Shown here piece by piece: positions 18,297 through 25,960 of a DNA stretch of 32,000 nucleotides. Within the stretch, counting starts at the first letter, position 1. Each line of letters opens with the position of its first letter. Under the pieces are notes generated by a model, which saw only the letters and a program-made list of their open reading frames with translations, did not search any database and was not told the origin of the DNA. Both the position numbers and the translations under genes were made by a program. The DNA comes from Halomicrobium mukohataei DSM 12286 (GTDB taxonomy: Archaea > Halobacteriota > Halobacteria > Halobacteriales > Haloarculaceae): contig NC_013202.1 of the NCBI RefSeq assembly GCF_000023965.1, positions 2,490,001 through 2,522,000 on the forward strand, written 5' to 3'.

Positions 18297-18304
18297 CTTG
18301 TATC
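18297..18304 (+). promoter_or_regulatory. TATA-like box (CTTGTATC) upstream of the hydrolase gene
   Basis: It is centred about 25 nt upstream of the GTG at 18326. Confidence 0.3.
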
Positions 18305-18325
18305 GGCGGCTCGATCCTTCCGGGA

Positions 18326-19252
18326 GTGACGACTGACACCAGCGGGACGGTCCGTTCCGAGATCGCGTTCCACGAGACACCGGCGCGGACGCTCCGGCTC
18401 GACGTGTACGAACCCCGCGAGAGCGGGCCGCGACCGACCGTCGTCCTGTTCCACGGCGGGGCCTTCCGATCGGGCGAGAAGACCCAGCTGGCCGAACAGG
18501 CGCGTGCTCTGGCCGACGCGGGGTACGTCGTCGTGACCCCGGAGTACCGGCTCGCGGACGAGGCGACGTTCCCGGCGGCGCTGATCGACGCCAAGGCGGC
18601 GGTCGAGTGGTGTCGCGTCGAGGGTGCGGAATACGGGATCGATCCCGGGCGGCTCGCGGCGGCGGGCTACTCTGCGGGGGCGAACCTCGCGACGCTCGTC
18701 TCCGTGACGGCCGACGAGCCGGGTTTCGAGCCCGAGGTCTACCCCGGCGCGTCGTCGTCGGTCGCGGCCGCCGTCGGCTGGGCCGGCATCTACGACTTCC
18801 GAGCGTTCGACGAGGGCCACCAGAGCCACGCGGACTACCTGGGTGGGACCCGCGAAGACGTGCCCGAGGCCTACGACTTCGCGTCGCCGATGGGCCAGAC
18901 GGACGTGGGAACGCCACCGACGCTGGTCGTCCACGGCGACGCCGACGAGGTCCTTCCGATCGAGCAGGCCCGGCGGTACGCCGACGCCGTCGACGCGCTG
19001 TCGACCGCGGCGTTCGTGGTGATCGAGGGCGGCGACCACGGCTTCCCGGACGACGCCTTCGACCGGACGATCGAGGAGACCGACCAGTTCCTCACGACCC
19101 AGCTTGGCGGTCAGCGCGACGACGGGCGGCCGCCGAACGACGGCCCGCTGGACGGTGGGCCGCTGGAGGATGGGGCGCTGGGCGACGGCGCGGCTGGCGA
19201 GAGTCTCGGAACCGGACAACCGACGGACGGCGACGGGACCGGTCGGCAGTAG
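18326..19252 (+). CDS. alpha/beta hydrolase (esterase/lipase, HGG type) with G/D/P-rich C-terminal tail
   Basis: The oxyanion motif is VVLFHGGAFRSG and the nucleophile elbow is GYSAGANLA (GxSxG). VVHGDADEVLP and GGDHGF supply the acid and His. The start is a GTG. Confidence 0.85.
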   Translation: MTTDTSGTVRSEIAFHETPARTLRLDVYEPRESGPRPTVVLFHGGAFRSGEKTQLAEQARALADAGYVVVTPEYRLADEATFPAALIDAKAAVEWCRVEGAEYGIDPGRLAAAGYSAGANLATLVSVTADEPGFEPEVYPGASSSVAAAVGWAGIYDFRAFDEGHQSHADYLGGTREDVPEAYDFASPMGQTDVGTPPTLVVHGDADEVLPIEQARRYADAVDALSTAAFVVIEGGDHGFPDDAFDRTIEETDQFLTTQLGGQRDDGRPPNDGPLDGGPLEDGALGDGAAGESLGTGQPTDGDGTGRQ

Positions 19253-19270
19253 CACACGCCGGGATCAAAG

Positions 19271-19278
19271 GCTTAAGT
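19271..19278 (+). promoter_or_regulatory. TATA-like box (GCTTAAGT) upstream of the ferredoxin gene
   Basis: It is centred about 31 nt upstream of the ATG at 19306. Confidence 0.3.
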
Positions 19279-19299
19279 GCGTGCCAGCGGAGTATGTAG

Positions 19300-19635
<336 letters not shown>

Positions 19636-19673
19636 CCGTCTCTTCTTCGATATAGTAGCCATTGAAAATCAAT

Positions 19674-19711
19674 GCACACCCGATCGCACGACGGCAGTGC
19701 GATCGGTGTGT
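19674..19711 (+). terminator. strong hairpin after fdx (15-bp stem with one bulge, 7-nt loop) followed by TAAATTGTTT; terminator or operator
   Basis: CCGATCGCAC (19680-19689) pairs perfectly with GTGCGATCGG (19697-19706). The stem extends through 19674-19678 / 19707-19711 with C19679 bulged. Confidence 0.4.
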
Positions 19712-19876
19712 AAATTGTTTCAATTGTTACTATAGCTGCCGTTTTCTCGTCGGAACACCCCACGATCAGAGCCGACAGCGCCGTCGACACCCGCCGGAAC
19801 CTATCAGACAGAAATGCAGCACAAACTACTATTACGATTCCGTGGGTGAGAACAACACACGAGGTAACAGAAACCA

Positions 19877-20740
19877 ATGCACACGGTCGTACTGACGAAA
19901 GGCGTCCCCGACTTCCGGGAAGGTCAGGTGTCCTTCGACGAGGACGGCCATCTCGAACGGGGGAAGACGCCGACGGTGATGAATCCGAACGACAAGCACG
20001 CGCTGCGGGCCGCACTCCAGACGAAGGTCCGCAACGGCGGGACGGTGTCGCTGCTGAGCATGGGGCCGCCCGGCTACAGGGAGGTCCTGCAGGAGGGGAT
20101 GGCGGACGTGTACGCCGACGACCTCTACCTGCTCTCTGATCGAGAGATGGGGGCGGCAGACACCTGGGCGACGGCGATGACCGTCGCCACCGGCATCGAG
20201 AAGCTCGACGAGACGCCGGACCTGCTCTTCGCGGGCTTCAAGACCGCCGACGGAGAGACCGGCCACACCGGTCCCCAGACGGCGTGGTGTCTCGACATGC
20301 CGACGATCACCCACGTCGTGGCGCTCGACGTCGACGAGGACGAAAGGAGCCTTCGCGCGAAGCGACTCGTCGAGGGCGACGTAAGCGAGATCGAGACCGT
20401 CGAGACCGAACTCCCCGCGTTCGTCGTCGCCGACCCGGAGTTCGAGCCCACCTACCGGAAGGCGGCCCACCGACTCCGGTGGAAGGACCTCCGGGCAGCG
20501 ACCCGGGAACGGGCCGCGAACCTCGATCTTGACGAGGACGTGACCGTCTGGGATCACGAGGATCTGAACCTCGATCCGGACTACATCGGTCTGGACGGCT
20601 CGCCGACGATCGTCGCGGGCGTCGACCCGATCCCGAGAGCGCCCGCCGAGCGCGAGGCCACGCTGGTCGACGGCGTCGACGACGAGGCCGGGATGGAACT
20701 GGTCTTCGACGAACTCGACGCGTACGCGGCAGGTGACTGA
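19877..20740 (+). CDS. etfB: electron transfer flavoprotein beta subunit (EtfB/FixA)
   Basis: MHTVVLTKGVPDFREGQVSFDEDGHLERGKTPTVMNPNDKHALRAAL ... LLFAGFKTADGETGHTGPQTA. GAGGT lies 13 nt upstream. Confidence 0.9.
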   Translation: MHTVVLTKGVPDFREGQVSFDEDGHLERGKTPTVMNPNDKHALRAALQTKVRNGGTVSLLSMGPPGYREVLQEGMADVYADDLYLLSDREMGAADTWATAMTVATGIEKLDETPDLLFAGFKTADGETGHTGPQTAWCLDMPTITHVVALDVDEDERSLRAKRLVEGDVSEIETVETELPAFVVADPEFEPTYRKAAHRLRWKDLRAATRERAANLDLDEDVTVWDHEDLNLDPDYIGLDGSPTIVAGVDPIPRAPAEREATLVDGVDDEAGMELVFDELDAYAAGD

Positions 20741-20742
20741 CC

Positions 20743-22425
20743 GTGCCGGAGATCGACCCCACCGAGTACGAGATCGCAGCACTCGGTCCGAAGATCAAAG
20801 ACGTCGACGATCCCGACGAGATCGAGGCGATGCTGGAACTCGAAGCAGCGGGCGAGAATCGGGACCCAGTGAAGACCTTACTCGAAGATCGGCTGGAGAA
20901 GCTCACCGCCGAGGACGAAGATATCGACCCGAGCGAGGTGGATCTGACGGAACTCACCGTCGCAGACGTGGCGAACCTCGTCCGGGACATCGACGACGCC
21001 GACGTGTTGCGCGACGTGCTCGAACGCGAGCAGGCCGGGCAGGACCGCAAGACGGCAAAGAGCCGGATCGAGAGCCGAATCGAATCGATCGAGGGCAGCG
21101 AGGACGAGGACGGCGACGGTCCGGCGTACGTCCCGCCCGAGGAGAAGTACCCGGAGCTAGACCACCCGACCAGCGAGAAGCGGTGGGTCGAGGGCACCGT
21201 CGGCGGGACCTACCGCGACATGTGGGTCTACTGTGAAACCCAGCAGGGAGCACTGATCGACGTGTCTCGCGAGATGCTGGGCAAGGCCCGGCGGATGATG
21301 GACCAGTACAACGGCGAAGCGACCGGCGAGACGGACGAGGAGGCACCGACCCAGGACTACGGCGGCGACGAGGACGGCGCTCCGGAGGAGGTGGTGGCCG
21401 TCCTGATCGGCGACGGCGTGGGCGAACTGGCGGACGAGGCGATCGCTTGCGGCGCGGACCGGGTCGTCTACCACGAGGACGAGCGCCTCGGTCGCTTCCG
21501 TCACCAGCCCTACACCGAGATCTTCTGTCACATGTGCCGGGACAGTGAGTTCGCGTTCCGCGACTACCACGAGCCCCGGTACACGCTGTTCCCGGCGACG
21601 CACAACGGCCGGGACCTCTCGGCGCTCGTCCAGGGCGAACTCGACTCCGGGCTGGCCTCGGACTGCTCGGGGCTGTACATCGAGGACGCCATGATCTCCA
21701 ACCCCGCCAAGACGGGGCAGGCCGGCGACAGCAAGGAGTTCGAGCGGATCCTGCACATGAAGCGGCCGGACTTCTCGGGGTTCGAGTACTCCACGATCCT
21801 CTGTATCGACAAGCCACACCGCGACTTCCACCCGCAGGGGGGCTCGGTCATCCCGGGGAGCTTCGCGGTGCCCGACCCCGATCCCGAGCGCGAGGGCGAG
21901 GTCGTCGAGCACGAGATGGAGCTGGACGAGTCGTGGTTCTCGGTCGCGGTCACGGAGTACGACCAGCTCGACGACGGCGTCGATCTGACCGGTCACGACG
22001 TGGTCGTGGCGATGGGTCGAGGGATCGGCGACGATCCGACCCGCGGGATCGAACTCGGCCTGGAGCTGGTCGACGCCTTCGAGGACGCCGCGTTCGGCCT
22101 CTCGCGTGGCGTGATCACTTCGTCGTACAGCTTCGACGGTCACGTCGAGCAGTACGTCGGCGAGGACCGACAGATCGGCGAGTCCGGTCAGGTCGTCGAG
22201 CCCGAGGTGTACGTGGCCGCGGGAATCTCCGGGGCGATCCAGCACAAGGTCGGGATGGACGAGTCGGACACGATCGTCGCAGTCAACACGGACCCCGAGG
22301 CCGACATCCGGGACTTTTCGGACTACTTCGTCGAGGGCGATCTGTTCGAGGTGCTGCCCCGACTCACTGAGGCGCTGGAGTCGGGCGAACTGGCGACGGC
22401 GATGCAGGAGGTAAGCGATGACTGA
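20743..22425 (+). CDS. etfA: electron transfer flavoprotein alpha subunit (EtfA/FixB) with about 160-aa acidic N-terminal extension
   Basis: The C-terminal FAD domain is YVAAGISGAIQHKVGMDESDTIVAVNTDPEADIRDFSDYFVEGDLFEVLPRL. The canonical N-domain begins near MWVYCETQQGALIDVSREMLGKAR (about 21220). The frame is open and GC3-rich back to the GTG at 20743, 2 nt after the etfB stop. The true start is uncertain. Confidence 0.85.
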   Translation: MPEIDPTEYEIAALGPKIKDVDDPDEIEAMLELEAAGENRDPVKTLLEDRLEKLTAEDEDIDPSEVDLTELTVADVANLVRDIDDADVLRDVLEREQAGQDRKTAKSRIESRIESIEGSEDEDGDGPAYVPPEEKYPELDHPTSEKRWVEGTVGGTYRDMWVYCETQQGALIDVSREMLGKARRMMDQYNGEATGETDEEAPTQDYGGDEDGAPEEVVAVLIGDGVGELADEAIACGADRVVYHEDERLGRFRHQPYTEIFCHMCRDSEFAFRDYHEPRYTLFPATHNGRDLSALVQGELDSGLASDCSGLYIEDAMISNPAKTGQAGDSKEFERILHMKRPDFSGFEYSTILCIDKPHRDFHPQGGSVIPGSFAVPDPDPEREGEVVEHEMELDESWFSVAVTEYDQLDDGVDLTGHDVVVAMGRGIGDDPTRGIELGLELVDAFEDAAFGLSRGVITSSYSFDGHVEQYVGEDRQIGESGQVVEPEVYVAAGISGAIQHKVGMDESDTIVAVNTDPEADIRDFSDYFVEGDLFEVLPRLTEALESGELATAMQEVSDD

Positions 22426-24079
22426 ACACGAACACTACGAGGCCGTCGTGGTCGGCTGTGGCCCCGGCGGCGCAGCGACAGCGGCGACGCTCGCGAACAA
22501 CGGCATCGAGACGCTCGTCCTCGAACGCGGGACCGACGCGGGCGCGAAGAACGTCTCCGGCGGGCTCGTCTACGCCGAGGAGTCCGCGCCCTACACCATC
22601 GACGACCTGTTCCCCGACTTCCGCGCGGAGGCGACCGAACGGCCGGCGACGGAGAACTACATCCACAACGTCGCTGGCGACCGCGTCGAGAGCTTCGACA
22701 TCTCCTCGCTCCACCACCACGACACGGCGTGGGCCGACGCCGTACTTCGGCGGAAGATGGACTCGTGGCTCGGCGAGCGCGTCCACGAGATGACCCGCGA
22801 GACCGGCGGCGGTCTGTTGACTGACGTGCGAGTCACGGGACTGTTGCGGGATCGAGGCGAGATCGTCGGCGTCGAGACGGCCGAACTCGACCCGATCGAG
22901 GCGGATCTGGTCGTCGCCGCCGACGGCGTCAACTCGGAGCTGGCTCGCGACGCCGGGCTGATGGACTGGGAGGAGCCCGAAGAGTGGTTCCAGGGAGTCA
23001 AGGCCGTCGTCGACATGCCCCCCGAAGTCATCGACGAGCGGTTCGACATCGAGGAGGACGAGGGGGTTGCCCACCTGTTCTCGGGCGACCTGTTCGACGG
23101 CGTCCGCGGCGGCGGCTTCCTCTACACCAACGAGGACTCCCTGTCGATCGGGACCGTCTTCCACCTCGACTCTATCGCCGACGAGCGGGCCGAGCCCCAC
23201 GAACTGCTCGACAACCTCCTCACGCACCCGCTGCTGGCCCAGTGGCTCGGTGACGAGTACGAGGAACGCGAGTACGCGGCCAAGCTCGTCCCCGACTCCA
23301 AGAAGGCGGCCCACCCCTCACCCCACAAGGACAGGCTCGTCCTCGTCGGCGACGCCGCCGGCCAGATGCAGGCACAGGGACCGATCATCAAGGGGATGAA
23401 CCACGCCGTCACCGCTGGCGCGCTCGCGGCCGAGGCGTTCGCGACGGCCCGCTCTCGTGGCACCCCCCACGACGCGGGCGAACTGTACGAGGGGAAGCTG
23501 CACCGCGAGGGCGTGATGGACAAGCTCCGGCCGACGAGCTACAGGACGCTCGGTCGACTCGCCGAGACCGGGCCCGTGGCGTCGCTGGTCGAGGCCGTCG
23601 CGGACTCGCCGGTCGGGCGCTTCGCGGTCTCCGCGCTTGGCGAGGACGTGTTAGAACGGCTCTTTGCCTCGCCCAGACTGATGGCGGTGATGCCGGACAC
23701 GCGGACCCCGTACGTGACGATTCCGACGATCATCGCCGAGGAACTCGGTGAGCAGGTCACCGACGAGAACCGCGTCCAGCCGCCGGCACTGGACGATCGG
23801 ATCGGCGACCTGACCTACGACGTGGGCGATCCCCACATCGAACTGATCGACAACGGCTTCGACGCGTCGGGGACGGCGGTGACGGCCTGTCCGGTGAGCG
23901 CGGCGGACTTCGGCGGGGGCTGTTACCGCGACGAGTACGTCGAGACGAACGGCCACGAGGAACACGTCGTCAGCCTCGACACCCAGCCCTGCGTCGAGTG
24001 TGGCACCTGCGCCGTCGTCGCCGACACCCACTGGGAACACCCCGACGGTGGCAAAGGTGTCGAATATAGGGAGGGGTGA
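22418..24079 (+). CDS. fixC: FixC-like FAD-dependent ETF:quinone-type oxidoreductase fused to a C-terminal FixX-like ferredoxin domain
   Basis: The N-terminal dinucleotide fold is YEAVVVGCGPGGAATAATLA. The C-terminal 99 aa are CPVSAADFGGGCYRDE ... QPCVECGTCAVVADTHWEHPDGGKGVEYREG, which matches the rhizobial FixX pattern CP..CY ... C.ECGTC ... W.YP.GG.GV.F..G. It overlaps the etfA 3' end by 8 nt. Confidence 0.88.
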   Translation: MTEHEHYEAVVVGCGPGGAATAATLANNGIETLVLERGTDAGAKNVSGGLVYAEESAPYTIDDLFPDFRAEATERPATENYIHNVAGDRVESFDISSLHHHDTAWADAVLRRKMDSWLGERVHEMTRETGGGLLTDVRVTGLLRDRGEIVGVETAELDPIEADLVVAADGVNSELARDAGLMDWEEPEEWFQGVKAVVDMPPEVIDERFDIEEDEGVAHLFSGDLFDGVRGGGFLYTNEDSLSIGTVFHLDSIADERAEPHELLDNLLTHPLLAQWLGDEYEEREYAAKLVPDSKKAAHPSPHKDRLVLVGDAAGQMQAQGPIIKGMNHAVTAGALAAEAFATARSRGTPHDAGELYEGKLHREGVMDKLRPTSYRTLGRLAETGPVASLVEAVADSPVGRFAVSALGEDVLERLFASPRLMAVMPDTRTPYVTIPTIIAEELGEQVTDENRVQPPALDDRIGDLTYDVGDPHIELIDNGFDASGTAVTACPVSAADFGGGCYRDEYVETNGHEEHVVSLDTQPCVECGTCAVVADTHWEHPDGGKGVEYREG

Positions 24080-24087
24080 AAGCGGCG

Positions 24088-24453
24088 ATGGGAGACGCGA
24101 CGGCGTACGCGGACCGAATCGAGCGACTGGCCGACGAGGCCACAGTGGCGCGGGCGACGCTCGACCCCGACCCGCCCGACGACGAGCGAGCGATGGCGCT
24201 GCTCCGCGAGGGGCTGGGGCCGACCGTGGCCCTGTACTGTGAGGCGCGCACCGGCGAGTCGATCGCGCGGTTCACGACGGCGGAGTTCGACCGACTTCAG
24301 GGTGCTGTCGACGACTGGCTGGCGGCCTACGCGGCCTGCTACGGCGTGACAGTCGATCCCGACTACAGCGTCCGTGTGGCCGCCGAGTTACTCGTCGAGA
24401 CACACGACATCCGGGACGTTGCCCAGTTGCTCACCGACGTGCCAGAACGGTAA
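24088..24453 (+). CDS. conserved-looking hypothetical protein (121 aa), probable fifth gene of the fdx/etf/fix unit
   Basis: Track ORF 24076..24453 starts at a GTG. The ATG at 24088 is preceded by the Shine-Dalgarno-like AGGGAGGGGTGA (24068-24079). It reads MGDATAYADRIERLADEATVARATLDPDPPDDERAMALLREGLG. It is acidic and GC3-rich, with no recognisable motif. Confidence 0.65.
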   Translation: MGDATAYADRIERLADEATVARATLDPDPPDDERAMALLREGLGPTVALYCEARTGESIARFTTAEFDRLQGAVDDWLAAYAACYGVTVDPDYSVRVAAELLVETHDIRDVAQLLTDVPER

Positions 24454-24516
24454 AACGCCGCTCTCCGTCGCTCTCTGTCGCCGTACGTGGGGTTCTCTCA
24501 GAAAGTGATAAACCAT

Positions 24517-24524
24517 TAAGTATA
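24517..24524 (+). promoter_or_regulatory. TATA-like box (TAAGTATA) for the wHTH-GNAT gene
   Basis: It is centred about 24 nt upstream of the ATG at 24545 and is the clearest TATA-like element in the window. Confidence 0.45.
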
Positions 24525-24544
24525 GTGGCGTGGTACCAACCCAC

Positions 24545-25276
24545 ATGGAACTGACAGAGCCGCTGCAGTTCGACCACGAGGACCGCGAGGACATCTACGA
24601 GTACGTCGAGCGCCACGGCTCGGTCGAGCCCGAGGAGCTGCGGCGCGCGCTGGGGATGGAGCCGCGGCCGTTCGGCCACCACGTCGCGATCCTCAAGCGC
24701 AACGGGACGCTCGAAGCGGTCGACGGAGGGTTGCGAGTCGCATACGAAGACACCGCCGAAGAGGAGTTCACGGCCGACGACGTGTCGTTCACGATCCGAC
24801 AGGCCCGCCAGGAGGACCTGACCGGGCTCGTCGGCGCGATCCGTCAGGCCATCGGTGGCAAGACCTACGTCGACGCCGAGACCGTGGCGGACGTCGTCGA
24901 CAGCGAGGGCGTCCTCCTGCGGCACAACGAACTCGAATCGCGGATCTTCTTCGTCGCCTGCGTGGAAGACGAGGTCGTCGGCTGGGTCCACCTCAAACAC
25001 CCGGAGCTCGACAAGCTCAGCCACACCGCGGAGTTGACTCTCGGCGTCCTCGAACAGTACCGCGGCGTCGGGATCGGGAGCCACCTCCTGAAGCGCGGGC
25101 TAGAGTGGGCCGCCAAACACGGCTACGAGAAGATCTACAACTCCATTCCCTCGACGAACGAAGAGGCGATCGCGTTCCTCGACGCCCACGGCTGGGAGAC
25201 CGAGGCCGTCCGAGCCGACCACTACAAGCTCGACGGCGACTACATCGACGAGGTGATGATGGCGAAGGCGCTCTAG
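24545..25276 (+). CDS. GNAT N-acetyltransferase with N-terminal winged-helix-like domain
   Basis: MELTEPLQFDHEDREDIYEYVERHGSVEPEELRRALGMEPRPFGHHVAILKRNGTLEAVDGGLRV looks wHTH-like. The GNAT core is FFVACVEDEVVGWVHL ... LGVLEQYRGVGIGSHLLKRGLEWAAKHGYEKIY. Track ORF 24530 starts at a GTG. Confidence 0.82.
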   Translation: MELTEPLQFDHEDREDIYEYVERHGSVEPEELRRALGMEPRPFGHHVAILKRNGTLEAVDGGLRVAYEDTAEEEFTADDVSFTIRQARQEDLTGLVGAIRQAIGGKTYVDAETVADVVDSEGVLLRHNELESRIFFVACVEDEVVGWVHLKHPELDKLSHTAELTLGVLEQYRGVGIGSHLLKRGLEWAAKHGYEKIYNSIPSTNEEAIAFLDAHGWETEAVRADHYKLDGDYIDEVMMAKAL

Positions 25277-25434
25277 GGCCAGCGGTCCGCTTCGCCCTCG
25301 ATCGGTACCGGGACGACGCCGTCTCGCTGTGCCCACGCCCTGGCGTGGGCCGGACAGACGACGAGGTTCTCTCGCCAGGGGACGTGTAGCTCCACCGCCG
25401 CCCGCTTCTCGCAGTCGTCCTCGCCACACTGCAT
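25273..25434 (-). CDS. Cys/His microprotein (53 aa), candidate zinc-binding
   Basis: Not in the ORF track (<60 aa). My own translation of the reverse strand gives MQCGEDDCEKRAAVELHVPWRENLVVCPAHARAWAQRDGVVPVPIEGEADRWP. Nearly every codon has G or C in the third position. It lies 40 nt downstream of the DUF456-like gene on the same strand. Its stop shares the palindrome CTAG with the convergent GNAT stop. Confidence 0.5.
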   Translation of the reverse strand: MQCGEDDCEKRAAVELHVPWRENLVVCPAHARAWAQRDGVVPVPIEGEADRWP

Positions 25435-25474
25435 ACGAGAGAACTGGCGACGGCAGGTGATAGTCGTTACTCGC

Positions 25475-25960
25475 TCACAGCGCGACGACGACCATCGTCA
25501 CCAGCATCGCACCCGTCAGCACGGCCTGCATCACCGACGAGCTGAGGATGCCCAGCGTCGTCACGAGCGCGGCCTTCGCACCGGCGCGTGCGTCCTGCTG
25601 GCGGTAGTACTCGACGACGAAGACCGTCAGTGTCATCCCGAGGATCATGCCGAGCGGGCCGCCCGAGACGAAAAAGAGGACGACGCCGACGAGACTGGCG
25701 ATCACGGCCGTCGCGGTCGAGGCCCCGCCGACCTTCGCCGCAACCGCGCCGCCCAGCCAGTCGATCGCCAGCGTCGCCACTCCGACCGCGAGCAGGACCG
25801 CGAGCAACAGCGCGCCCGGCTCGCTGAAGCCGCTGTGCCACCAGTAGACGAGGACGCCCGCGATGGAAAACGGCGCGCCGGGCATCTGGGGGACGACGCT
25901 CCCGACGACGCCCACGACGAGCAAGACGAAGGCGAGAGCGAGGACCAGGAGATCGATCAT
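25475..25960 (-). CDS. DUF456-like small integral membrane protein (161 aa, about 4 TM)
   Basis: This is the tail of track ORF 25475..27106: MIDLLVLALAFVLLVVGVVGSVVPQMPGAPFSIAGVLVYWWHSGFSEPG ... LGMILGMTLTVFVVEYYRQQDARAG. Its ATG overlaps the tmcA stop (ATGA). Confidence 0.8.
   Translation of the reverse strand: MIDLLVLALAFVLLVVGVVGSVVPQMPGAPFSIAGVLVYWWHSGFSEPGALLLAVLLAVGVATLAIDWLGGAVAAKVGGASTATAVIASLVGVVLFFVSGGPLGMILGMTLTVFVVEYYRQQDARAGAKAALVTTLGILSSSVMQAVLTGAMLVTMVVVAL

Noticed and set aside
19662-19895. Cys-rich 77-aa ORF (MKINAHPIARRQCDRCVNCFNCYYSC...) in the fdx-etfB spacer.
   Set aside because: It starts at a TTG and lies in the AT-rich non-coding spacer. Its composition is basic with no GC3 bias. 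It runs through the hairpin and palindromes and into the etfB start. The cysteines are a by-product of the TG-rich palindromes.
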